Source of the DNA: Actinomycetota bacterium
GTDB taxonomy: Bacteria; Actinomycetota; Actinomycetes; Actinomycetales; Angustibacteraceae
NCBI GenBank assembly: GCA_046590855.1
Contig: JBKJTJ010000180.1
Span: forward strand, 1 to 41,801
Direction of reading: 5' to 3'
DNA: 41,801 nt
In this document: piece after piece, positions 25,892-34,975 of the stretch
Numbering within the stretch: position 1 is the first letter of the stretch
Layout: every line of letters begins with the position of its first letter
Position numbers and translations under genes: made by a program
The notes under the pieces: generated by a model
Told to the model about the DNA's origin: nothing
What the model saw: only the letters and a program-made list of their open reading frames with translations
The model's database searches: none

Positions 25892-26062
25892 GTCTCACAC
25901 GCTAGAGGCCACCACCGACAGTCCCGGACCTTCAGACCTGTTCTGGCGCAACGACTTTTGAGAACTTTGGGCAACCATCCGTCACGGTCAGCAACGCTGG
26001 CCCGAGGTCGAGGCCGGCGCATCTCACCCCTGTAACGTGCGTGGCGCCAGGGGTGGGGTGAG

Positions 26063-26081
26063 CACCCACACCCACACCCAC
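26063..26081. repeat. Tandem hexamer (CACCCA) x3
   Basis: Read directly: cacccacacccacacccac. Confidence 0.85.
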
Positions 26082-26150
26082 GCCTGTCCCTGGCCCAATG
26101 GGCCGGGCGTGACCCCGGCGGAGAAGGTGCCGTGATGACCACGCCACCTC

Positions 26151-26182
26151 AGCACCAGCACCCAGCACCCAGCACCCAGCAC
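26151..26182. repeat. Tandem heptamer (AGCACCC), about 4.5 units
   Basis: Read directly: agcacc agcaccc agcaccc agcaccc agcac. Confidence 0.85.
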
Positions 26183-26303
26183 GAACCCAACGTCACCAAC
26201 CACGACCCGAACCACTGGACTGGACCGCCACCAACCCGTTGGCCGAACTAGGAAGCACCACCAGGTCAGCCATAGGCGTGCGTGGCGCACACAGAGTCCG
26301 GCA

Positions 26304-28175
26304 TCAGCGCAGGCGCTCGCGCAGACCTGTCGCCCTCGCGGCGGGACGACCGATTGCGGCGGTCAGGGCCGCGGCGCTGCCGATGAGCCGGACGTGGTGG
26401 GTGGCGCGGGACACGGCGGTGTAGACCGTCTCGCGGGTGCCCAGGGCCGAAGCGGCCGGCGGCAGGACGATGGTGACGGCACCGAACTGGCTGCCCTGGC
26501 TGCGGTGCACGGTGAGCGCGTGCAGGGTGCGGACGTCGCCGAGTCGGGCCACGGGCACCCTCACCGGCTCGCCGCCGCGACCGAAGACGGCGACCAGACC
26601 GCCACGCTGGTCGTCCACGACGACACCGGTGTCGCCGTTGTACAGGCCGACCTCGTAGTCGTTGCTGGTCACCAGCAACGGCTCACCGACCCAGTGCCCG
26701 TCCCCGCGCGGGGCGGTCGGGTGCTGCTCGGCGAGCCACCCGGTCGCCAGGGCCGACCAGTGGGCGACGCCGCGCGGACCACGGCGGTGGGCGCACAGCA
26801 GCCGGTGGGCATCCAGTGCCGCAACAGCAGCAGGGCCGTCACCGCGGACCGCCGCGGCGTGCAGCGCCGACCCGCTCGCGACGACGTCGGCCCGCACGCC
26901 GGCCAGCTGCGCCTCGCTGAGGCGGGCGTCGTCCTCGACCTCGACCAGCTCGACGTGCGCAGCACCCGAGGCCAACAGCTCGAGCACCTGGTCGGCGCGC
27001 CCGGCCTGCACGTGCGCTGCCAGCTCGGCGATCTCGGGCACGTCGGTGCGGTGGTTGGTGTGCAGGGCGCTGACGCCGTCGCGCATCGCGGCGGCGGGCG
27101 AGGGCTCGCGCTCGACGACGTCCAGACCAGGCAGCACTGCGCGCAGAGCGACGGCGGACGACGGCGTGCGTCGGCCCAGCGTCGTGCGATCGACCAGGTC
27201 GCCCAGCACGGCCCCGGCCTCGACCGAGGCCAGCTGGTCGGGGTCACCCACCAGCACCAGGCGGGTCGTCGGCCGCAGTGACTCGAGCAGCCGAGCCATC
27301 ATCGTCAGCGAGACCATCGAGCTCTCGTCGACCACGACGACCTCGAACGGCAGCCGGTTCGATGCGTCGTGCCGGAAGCGGCTGCGAGCGCCGGGGCGCC
27401 AGCCCAGCAGTCGGTGCAGCGTCACAGCTCTCAGGTCCCCCAACCGCTCGCGGTCCGCCGGGGAGAGGTGGGCGGACGACGAGCGCACGGCCTCCTCCAG
27501 CCGGGCCGCGGCCTTACCGGTCGGCGCGGCCAGTGCGATCCGGCACTGCGGGTGCTGCTCTCGCAGCAGGGCCAGCAGCCGGGCGACCGTGGTGGTCTTG
27601 CCGGTGCCCGGCCCGCCGGCCAGGACACTGACCCACGACAACGCGCAGACCGCGGCCGCCGTGCGCTGGTCCTCATCCGCGCCCTCCCCGAAGAGACGCT
27701 GCATCCCCTGTGCCAGAACGTCGAGCGCGAGGTCGTCGGGGCGGGTCGCCGACCGGGTGAGCAGCTGGTCGGCCACCTGTTGCTCCTGCTCCCAGTAGCG
27801 GGCCAGCCACAGGCGGTCGCCGTCGATTCGCAGCGGGCCGGACGCGCCGACCAGTGGGCTCGCCGCGCAGCGGGCCGTCCAGCTGGCGTCGGGCCAGCCC
27901 AGCTCGACCACCGTCGACTCGATGGCCTCGTCGTCGTCGGCGACCGTCGTGTCACGGGCGGTGGTCAGGTCGACGACGACTGACCCGTGCCGGGTCGATC
28001 GCACCACCAAGGCGACGGCGAGCAGCACCGCCTCGTCCGCCTCGCCGCCGAGGGCACCGAGGCGCTGCGCCACGTGGACGTCCGCCGCCGACAGCATCCC
28101 GGCGTCGTTGAACTCGTGGAGCAGACCGGTGGCCCGCAGGGCGGACGTGGGCGCGTACGTCGTCACCTCGGTCAC
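26304..28175 (-). CDS. recD: Exodeoxyribonuclease V alpha subunit RecD (623 aa from GTG at 28175)
   Basis: Walker A 'GGPGTGKTTTVARLL', motif II 'VVVDESSMV', C-terminal 'TVHRSQGSQF'. The GTG overlaps the recB stop (GTGA). The upstream part of the ORF to 28649 is antisense-frame junk over recB. Confidence 0.9.
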   Translation of the reverse strand: MTEVTTYAPTSALRATGLLHEFNDAGMLSAADVHVAQRLGALGGEADEAVLLAVALVVRSTRHGSVVVDLTTARDTTVADDDEAIESTVVELGWPDASWTARCAASPLVGASGPLRIDGDRLWLARYWEQEQQVADQLLTRSATRPDDLALDVLAQGMQRLFGEGADEDQRTAAAVCALSWVSVLAGGPGTGKTTTVARLLALLREQHPQCRIALAAPTGKAAARLEEAVRSSSAHLSPADRERLGDLRAVTLHRLLGWRPGARSRFRHDASNRLPFEVVVVDESSMVSLTMMARLLESLRPTTRLVLVGDPDQLASVEAGAVLGDLVDRTTLGRRTPSSAVALRAVLPGLDVVEREPSPAAAMRDGVSALHTNHRTDVPEIAELAAHVQAGRADQVLELLASGAAHVELVEVEDDARLSEAQLAGVRADVVASGSALHAAAVRGDGPAAVAALDAHRLLCAHRRGPRGVAHWSALATGWLAEQHPTAPRGDGHWVGEPLLVTSNDYEVGLYNGDTGVVVDDQRGGLVAVFGRGGEPVRVPVARLGDVRTLHALTVHRSQGSQFGAVTIVLPPAASALGTRETVYTAVSRATHHVRLIGSAAALTAAIGRPAARATGLRERLR

Positions 28176-31100
28176 GTCGTACCCGCCAGCAGGTCTGATG
28201 CCCCGACCACCAAGGCGGACGGTGGCCGCCACGCGAAGACACCAGGCACCGAGCCGTCCGCGGCGACGACGCCGGGCCCGGACATGCCACGCAGGAACAG
28301 GTACAGCGACCCACCGAGATGGATGTCGGGGTCGTACCCGGGCTGGCGCCAGCGCAGGTACCGGTGCAGGGCGACGCCGTACAGCAGCGCCTGCAACGGA
28401 TAGTGCGCCTCGATCATCGCGGTCTGCATCGCCTCGTGCCGGTAGTGCCAGGCGGTCAGCGGCTCGACGTACCCGCCCAGGCGATTGGTCTTGTAGTCGA
28501 CGACGAGGTACGTCGGTGCGCCGTCGACGCGCAGGCGCAGCACGGCGTCGATGCTGCCGGTGAGGTAACCCCGCAGGGGGGCGGGGTCGAGCGTCGCCAG
28601 CTCGTCGGCGTACCCCGACAGGACACCGGTGCTGCAGTGCTTGCGCCACAACGGAACCAGCCCCGACAGCACCGGGCGAAGAGCCAGGGGTTCATCCCCA
28701 CCGGCCAGGGGCAGCTCGAAGTCCAGCTCGGGCAGCCGGTCGCCGCGGCTCAGCTCGGCCAGCGACACCCCACGCGCGAGCGCCCCCAGCGGCGTCCGCA
28801 GGGCCGTCACGAGCGCGTCGGTCAGCATGCCGACGTCCGTCCCCGGTGCCGACCGCGCGACGTTGAGCGCCACCGCCGAACGGACTGCCGCCTCGTCCGC
28901 GGCGTCCTCGATCTGCTCGAGCGCCGCGTGCACCAGCGTGCCGAAGCCCGCGCCGCCGGGCAGCTGGTCCCACGCCGACGGCAGCGCGCGCAGGGCGGCG
29001 TCGAGCGCGCCACCCGCTTCCGCGACGTCCGAGTCGGTCTCGTCGTCCTTCTGGGCCACCTCGGGCTCGCTGCCCATCCGCTGGTCGTGCGCGGCTGCGG
29101 TGAGAGCGCTGTACGACGTGCGCCGCCAGGTGATGTCGAGAGCGCGGTCGAGCGTGGCGAGCGACAGTGCCGCGGACTTCTGTGCCGGCGGCTCGTAGCG
29201 ACCCACCGCGCGCGGCTCGATCACCTCGACCGCGAGGTGGTCGGTGGCCAGGTCCTGGAACATCTGCAGGGCCACGGAGTCGGCCGGCACGGGGATCTTG
29301 GTGGGCGCCACGGTCACCGGATCGCGGTGCAGCAGCAGGCGGTGCAGGGCTGAGGTGACCGTGTTCGCCGTCGGCGCCCACCAGGTGATGAGGTGACCCA
29401 TGGCGCGGGTGAGCCCGACGTACGCCAACCGCAGGTCGTCGTCCGCCTCCTCTGCCTTGCCCTGAGCCACGTGGGCGGCCCAGCCCGGTCCGGTGGGGCC
29501 GCCGACGTCGCGCACCCGGCCGCGCTCGTCGTGGAACGCCGCCGTCGACGGTTCGTTGCCGGGCCAGCGGTTCCAGCCGAACGGCATCATGACGACGGGG
29601 AACTCCAGACCCTTGCTGGTGTGGACCGTGATGACCTGGACCGCCGCGGCGTCCGAATCCAGGCGGCGGCTGCGCTCGAGCGTCCCTGCGTCGCGCACGG
29701 CCTCGTCGCGACGGGCTCGCAGCCAGGTGACCAGGGCGCTCAGCCCGCGCTGCTCGTGCTGGGCGACCTCGTGCAGCACCTGCGCCAGGTGCCGCAGGTC
29801 GGTCAGCAGCCGCTCGCCACCGTCGAGAGCGAGCAGCCGCGGCTGCAGTGCTCGCTCGGCCGACACGGCTTCGAAGACGGCCGCCACGCCCCGCTCGTCG
29901 AGCAACCGCGACCAGACCCGCAGCTGCAGCGCGAGCTCGGTGACCGAGCCGTCGTCGAGGTCGGCGACCTGCGCCGCGGGCAGTCCGGCGAACGGACCCA
30001 GAGCGAGCCTGGCCACCCGCGCGGTGCGGTGCGGTTGCTCGAGCGCCTCGAGCAGCAGCTGCCACTGCTCCGCGGCGGGCGTGCTGAACACGCTGGTGCG
30101 TCCGGTCACGACGACCGGGACGCCCGCCGCTCGCAGTCCCGCGCTCACCTGCTCGGCCTGCTTGTTGGTGCGCACGAGCACCGCGATGTCGCCGGGGACG
30201 ACGCAGCGCGCGGGGGTTCCGTCGCGGGGGTTCAGTCGCGCGCCGCGAAGGGTCGTGACCACCTCGGCCGCCACGTCGCGCACGATCGAGTCGACGGCGA
30301 CCTGAGTGGGCAGCAGCTTGCCGGGGGCCGCCAGCCCCTCGCGCGGCAGCACGCGCAGGCGCACCGGGGCCGGCGTCCCGTCCACCTCGACCAGCCGGCC
30401 CTGGTGCACGGCCTCGACCGGCCCGACCCGGATCCGTGGGTCACCGAGTGCCGCGCCGCCGAACACCGCACCCAGACCCGCGACCAGAGCGGCGTCGCTG
30501 CGGAAGCTCGTCGGGAGCGTGTGCACGGCGCCGGCCACCTCACGGGCGCTGAGGTAGGCGTGGACGTCGGCGCCGCGGAACGCGTAGATCGCCTGCTTGG
30601 GGTCGCCGATCAGCACCAGCGTGCGATGGCCGTGGAAGGGGATGCGCAGGATCGACCACTGGACCGGGTCGGTGTCCTGGAACTCATCCACGAGAACGAT
30701 GCTGTACCTATCGCGAAGACGCTGCACGGCAACGGTTCCGGTGACATCGGCCTGCAGTGTGCCGTCCAGGCGGGAGAGCAGGTCGTCGTAGTCGAACAGG
30801 TGCAGGCGGCGCTTGCGCGCCTCGACCTCGGCGCGCACCGCCGACGCGATGCGGGTGCGCAGGCCGTGCGGGGTCGTTGGGTCGGACTCAGCAGGAGCGG
30901 GTACCAGCAGGGTTCCGGGGTCGCGGACGGCGACGTCCGTCGCCAGCGCCCGGAACTGCTCGATGGTCAGCTCGGGTGCCCCCGCCCCGACGACGCCCCA
31001 CTTGCGCAGGTAGAGGTCGTCGGCCACCTCGCGCACCAGGTCGCCGATGCCCTCCACCAGCTGCGCACCGGGGTCGTGGTCCCCGGCCGTCCCCAGGGCG

Positions 31101-31531
31101 GCCAGCACCTGCTGGCAGAAGCCGTGCGTCGTCGTGACGGTCGCGGCATCGAAGTCGGCGAGGGCCACCTGCACGCGCCGGTGGCGACGCGCGACCTCGT
31201 CGGCCGCAGCGTCGGCGAGATGGGCCAGGACCCGGTCGCGCGGGTCGACCTCCCGGGGCCGGGCCAGCCCCTCGCGCACGCTCACCAGACGCTCGCGCAC
31301 CCGCTCGCGCAGCTCGCGGGTCGACTCGCGGCTGAAGCTGACGACGAGCAGCTCGTCCATGGTCGCCACCCCCTCGGCGACGTACCGGGCGACGAGTGCG
31401 GCGATGGTGAAGGTCTTGCCGGTGCCGGCACTGGCCTCGAGCACCGTCGTGCCGGTGGGCAGGGGCCCGAGCATCGCGAAGCGCTCCGGGATCGGCTCGC
31501 CGAGGGGCAGGGGGAGTCGGTTCTCGCTCAT
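28172..31531 (-). CDS. recB: Exodeoxyribonuclease V beta subunit RecB (UvrD-like helicase plus PD-(D/E)xK nuclease), 1119 aa
   Basis: 'LEASAGTGKTFTIAALVARY', 'VLVDEFQDTDPVQW', C-terminal nuclease motif 'GSIDAVLRL...YLVVDYKTN'. ATG 31531 overlaps the recC stop (ATGA). Confidence 0.92.
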   Translation of the reverse strand: MSENRLPLPLGEPIPERFAMLGPLPTGTTVLEASAGTGKTFTIAALVARYVAEGVATMDELLVVSFSRESTRELRERVRERLVSVREGLARPREVDPRDRVLAHLADAAADEVARRHRRVQVALADFDAATVTTTHGFCQQVLAALGTAGDHDPGAQLVEGIGDLVREVADDLYLRKWGVVGAGAPELTIEQFRALATDVAVRDPGTLLVPAPAESDPTTPHGLRTRIASAVRAEVEARKRRLHLFDYDDLLSRLDGTLQADVTGTVAVQRLRDRYSIVLVDEFQDTDPVQWSILRIPFHGHRTLVLIGDPKQAIYAFRGADVHAYLSAREVAGAVHTLPTSFRSDAALVAGLGAVFGGAALGDPRIRVGPVEAVHQGRLVEVDGTPAPVRLRVLPREGLAAPGKLLPTQVAVDSIVRDVAAEVVTTLRGARLNPRDGTPARCVVPGDIAVLVRTNKQAEQVSAGLRAAGVPVVVTGRTSVFSTPAAEQWQLLLEALEQPHRTARVARLALGPFAGLPAAQVADLDDGSVTELALQLRVWSRLLDERGVAAVFEAVSAERALQPRLLALDGGERLLTDLRHLAQVLHEVAQHEQRGLSALVTWLRARRDEAVRDAGTLERSRRLDSDAAAVQVITVHTSKGLEFPVVMMPFGWNRWPGNEPSTAAFHDERGRVRDVGGPTGPGWAAHVAQGKAEEADDDLRLAYVGLTRAMGHLITWWAPTANTVTSALHRLLLHRDPVTVAPTKIPVPADSVALQMFQDLATDHLAVEVIEPRAVGRYEPPAQKSAALSLATLDRALDITWRRTSYSALTAAAHDQRMGSEPEVAQKDDETDSDVAEAGGALDAALRALPSAWDQLPGGAGFGTLVHAALEQIEDAADEAAVRSAVALNVARSAPGTDVGMLTDALVTALRTPLGALARGVSLAELSRGDRLPELDFELPLAGGDEPLALRPVLSGLVPLWRKHCSTGVLSGYADELATLDPAPLRGYLTGSIDAVLRLRVDGAPTYLVVDYKTNRLGGYVEPLTAWHYRHEAMQTAMIEAHYPLQALLYGVALHRYLRWRQPGYDPDIHLGGSLYLFLRGMSGPGVVAADGSVPGVFAWRPPSALVVGASDLLAGTT

Positions 31532-34500
31532 CCGGTGGCCACGACCTCGACGGCGAGCAACCGGTCCCACAGCCGGCGGGACAGCTGACCGAACCGGTCG
31601 GTCTCGTCGGCGTACCAGTCCTCGCCGGGCCACGGTGCCTGCGCGGTCAGTGTCGACAGCGGCGCGAGGTCGCCGAGCAGCAGCCGGTGCTCGTCGTCCG
31701 CCTGCTCGCCGGGGAACGTGCCGCCCTCCCAGTCCTTGATGGCCGCCTCACGAGCGAGGTCGACGTCGATGCCCCGGTCGCGCCGCGACGCGTACTCGGC
31801 TGCGGTCTTGACCGGCAGCGGCAGCGGCGCGCGCAAACCGCTGCGGTACAGCGCGACCAGCTCCTCGACGGCCGGCAGCGCATCCTCGGGTGTTGCGAGC
31901 TGCATCGTGCTGCGCCGCGAACCGCTGCGGTTGCGCCCCACTGCCGCCGCGCGCCAGGCGCGATCAGGACGGGTGGCGGTGAGCGCAACCAGGTCGACCC
32001 AGGCCTGCAGGCGGTGCTTGGCCGACAGGCTCGAGTAGGTCGTCGACAGCAGCACGTCCCCGCGCACGCCCGTCACCGTGCCGGTCAGCCGCGTGCCGTC
32101 CGCGAGCGGGACGTCGACGTCGTACGCCTCGGGCTCGTCGCCGAGCTCGACGCTGCAGGCCCGAGCGATCGCCTCGGCCCGGTTGCCGATGTCGGTCATG
32201 ATGCGGTCGGCGAGCGGGCCGGGCGGCAGGGTGCCCGCGTGCCGCTCCAGGTCGACGATGTCGGAGGGCGCGTGCCCGGCGAGCAGGCGTCGCAGTACCC
32301 GATCGCCGATCGCCCACTGCTGCAGGGCATCCAGCTCGATCGGCAAGGCGTCGTCCGGCTCCTGCTCGGCCCACGCGGTCGCCACGCCGAGCCGCTGCCT
32401 CAAGAACCCCTTCGCCGGGTGCTGCAGCAGCCGATGCAGGTCGGTGAGCTCGACGTCGGCCGGCGGCAGGGCCGGCAGCGCCTGCGGCAGGAAGGCCGGC
32501 ACCCGGCGGCGGTCGGCCGCGCCGGCACGCGCACCCGACAGCGCCACGGGGTCGAAGCTGAACGCTCCCGGCGACCCGAGAGCACCGGCCACGAAGTTGC
32601 GGGAGTCGAACGGCTGCAACGGGTGTCGGGTCGTGACGACGTCGCGGACCCGACCAGACCGCGCTGCCGCGGTGCGGTCGAGAGCGTCGAGCAGCTCGCC
32701 CAGCGGCACGGCGGGCACGATCTCGGCCCCGGTTCGTTCGTCCGCGCCGGAGTAGGCGATCACCAGGTGCTGCTCGGCTGCCAGCACCGCGTCGAGCAGC
32801 AGCTGCCGGTCCTCGCTGCGCGGGTCGCGCTCACCCACCCAGGGGTCGCGGGCCAGGACGTCGTCACCATCGCGCAGGCTCTGGCGCGGGAAGGCGCCGT
32901 CGTCCAACCCGATCAGGGCGACGACCCGGTGCGGCACCGAACGCATCGGCACCAGCGTGCAGACGGTCAGGGTGCCGGTGCGGAAGCTGGCTCTGGTGGG
33001 ACGGCCCGACAGCGAGTCCTGCAGCGCGCAGCGGACGTCCGCCAGCGTCGTCCGCACCGTACTGCCCTCGGCGGTGTCAGCCACGGCAGCGAGCTCGTCC
33101 GCGAGCTGGGCCTGCTGCCAGGAGTCCCGGGGGGCGGTCCCGGCCAGGCTCAGCACGGCGCTGAGCAGGCCCTGCGCCCAGTGCGCGGGGGTGTGCGCGC
33201 CCGACATCAGCTCCTGCGCGGCGTCCAGCCGGTCGACGAGCTCGGCGAACCGGCCGAGCAGCTCGATGTCGGCGGAGTCGACGTCGTCCACCGGCAGCAC
33301 GTCGCCGAACTCGGTCGACTCGCCCTCGACCGCGACACCCATCAGCAGCCGGTCGACACCCTCGCGCCAGGTGCCCTGCGGGATCCCGCTGAGCTTCCAT
33401 GACACGCGGTGGGACGGGTGCAGGCCCCAGCGGACGCCGGCCGACACGACCCAGCCGCGTACCCGGTCGAGTGCGTCGTCGTCGAAGCCGAACCGTTGTC
33501 GCACAGCGGTTCTGCTGATCAGATCGAGAACCTCGGGGGCGGTCAGCCGCGACGTCCCGAGGTCGAGCAGCAGCGACAGGACGTCGATCAGCGGGTTGGT
33601 CTGACGCAGGGCGCGGTCGGCGATGCGCACCCGCAACCGCGACGCCGGGTGCACGCCGTCCCCCTCGGCGCCGAGCGAGAAGGCCGCGGCGACCAGCGGG
33701 GCGAACGCCTCGACGTCCGGGCACATCACGAGGACGTCGCGCGGCTCGAGCGTGGGGTCGTCGGCGAGCAGACCGAGAACGACCTCGCGCACCACCTCGA
33801 CCTGGCGGGTGCGGCCGTGGCAGGCGTGCACCTGCACGCTGCGGTCGCCGGCGACCAGGGGCGGCGGCGCATCGGGGACGCGGTCGGCCGCCAGGTCGTC
33901 CTTGAGACGTCCCAGCAGGGACGCCGTCAGTGGGGGAGCCTCGTGCACGACGTCGACGGCGTCGGGGGCAGACCGTCGCACGAGGTGCTGCAGCTCGACC
34001 AGGTCGCGGGCCATCGAGGCCAGCAGCGGGTTCTCGAGCCGACGCGTCGTGGGGTCGTCGGCGCGTCGGTGCACCTGACCCGCCTGCGCGGCCAGGTCCC
34101 ACAGGGCGGGTGAGGGGTGGTGCAGCCACAGGTGGACGTCGCGGTGCTCGGCGAGCGCGGCCAGCACCTGCAGCCGGGCCGGGGACAACCGGCTGGCGCC
34201 GAACACCGACAGCCGGTCGGGCAGGTCGGCCAGGGTCGGGTCGCTGCGCAGCCGGGCGCACGCGTCGTCGAGCAGCTCGGCCGGCGCCGGGCCGAGGCGC
34301 TCGCGCAGCAGCCGCCACAGCTCGGGTTGCCAGCGCAGGTCGGCGGGCAGCGGTGAGCCGTCACCGACCTCGTCGCGGCCCCCCGCCCAGGCGAGCATCA
34401 TCGCCGGGCGCGCGTGACCGTAGGTGTCGAACGACCTCGCCAGGCCGGAGGCGACGGCGAACCGGCGGCCGTCGACGGCGTGGCTGCCGGCCAGGTGCCG

Positions 34501-34854
34501 TGCGAGGGTGGTGGCCCACGGCGCGGCCAGGTGGGCGTCGATGACCTCCAGCAGCGGCCACACGGCCCGGGCCGGCTGCCACCGCTCGACCGAGGCCGCG
34601 TGCTCGGGCGAGGCCCGCCGGACGGCCTCGTCGACCAGGGTGGACGGCCAGGGGAACCGCACGTTGGCGCACACCCCGTCCCCGTCGCCTGCACCGAGCA
34701 CGTGCGAGAGCCGCTGCGCCAGCCACCGCTCGACGCCCTTGGCGGGCACCGCGACCACCTCGGGGGTGAAGGGGTCGGCCGGGGGGGCCGACAGCACCTC
34801 GGCGAGGGCGCGCGCGAGCACCGAGCCACTCCTCGCGCGGTGCACGATCAGCAC
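31528..34854 (-). CDS. recC: Exodeoxyribonuclease V gamma subunit RecC (about 1108 aa; alternative GTG at 34872)
   Basis: Size and position directly upstream of, and coupled to, recB-recD. The N-terminus 'VLIVHRARSGSVLARALAEVL' resembles RecC N-termini. GGAGG lies 8 nt upstream of GTG 34854. Confidence 0.85.
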   Translation of the reverse strand: MLIVHRARSGSVLARALAEVLSAPPADPFTPEVVAVPAKGVERWLAQRLSHVLGAGDGDGVCANVRFPWPSTLVDEAVRRASPEHAASVERWQPARAVWPLLEVIDAHLAAPWATTLARHLAGSHAVDGRRFAVASGLARSFDTYGHARPAMMLAWAGGRDEVGDGSPLPADLRWQPELWRLLRERLGPAPAELLDDACARLRSDPTLADLPDRLSVFGASRLSPARLQVLAALAEHRDVHLWLHHPSPALWDLAAQAGQVHRRADDPTTRRLENPLLASMARDLVELQHLVRRSAPDAVDVVHEAPPLTASLLGRLKDDLAADRVPDAPPPLVAGDRSVQVHACHGRTRQVEVVREVVLGLLADDPTLEPRDVLVMCPDVEAFAPLVAAAFSLGAEGDGVHPASRLRVRIADRALRQTNPLIDVLSLLLDLGTSRLTAPEVLDLISRTAVRQRFGFDDDALDRVRGWVVSAGVRWGLHPSHRVSWKLSGIPQGTWREGVDRLLMGVAVEGESTEFGDVLPVDDVDSADIELLGRFAELVDRLDAAQELMSGAHTPAHWAQGLLSAVLSLAGTAPRDSWQQAQLADELAAVADTAEGSTVRTTLADVRCALQDSLSGRPTRASFRTGTLTVCTLVPMRSVPHRVVALIGLDDGAFPRQSLRDGDDVLARDPWVGERDPRSEDRQLLLDAVLAAEQHLVIAYSGADERTGAEIVPAVPLGELLDALDRTAAARSGRVRDVVTTRHPLQPFDSRNFVAGALGSPGAFSFDPVALSGARAGAADRRRVPAFLPQALPALPPADVELTDLHRLLQHPAKGFLRQRLGVATAWAEQEPDDALPIELDALQQWAIGDRVLRRLLAGHAPSDIVDLERHAGTLPPGPLADRIMTDIGNRAEAIARACSVELGDEPEAYDVDVPLADGTRLTGTVTGVRGDVLLSTTYSSLSAKHRLQAWVDLVALTATRPDRAWRAAAVGRNRSGSRRSTMQLATPEDALPAVEELVALYRSGLRAPLPLPVKTAAEYASRRDRGIDVDLAREAAIKDWEGGTFPGEQADDEHRLLLGDLAPLSTLTAQAPWPGEDWYADETDRFGQLSRRLWDRLLAVEVVATG

Positions 34855-34975
34855 CCTGTCCCCCTCCGCCACCTGCGGCGGCCACCCTACTGAGCGCGCT
34901 GTGCGGCGGGCCTGAGCGGTGGGCCACGGCCGCGATGACGTCACGGGGACGCCCTCGCCAGGGCAGGATGGGGGG

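Noticed and set aside
25892-25975. SOS box upstream of the first DUF222 copy
   Set aside because: The position equivalent to the box of copy 2 reads GGCCTCTAGCGTGTGAGA. Nearby GAAC/GTTC tetramers do not form GAAC-N4-GTTC.
26063-26182. Possibility that the short tandem repeats represent a CRISPR array
   Set aside because: The units are 6-7 nt and directly tandem with no spacers, and no cas genes are present. These are microsatellites, not CRISPR.
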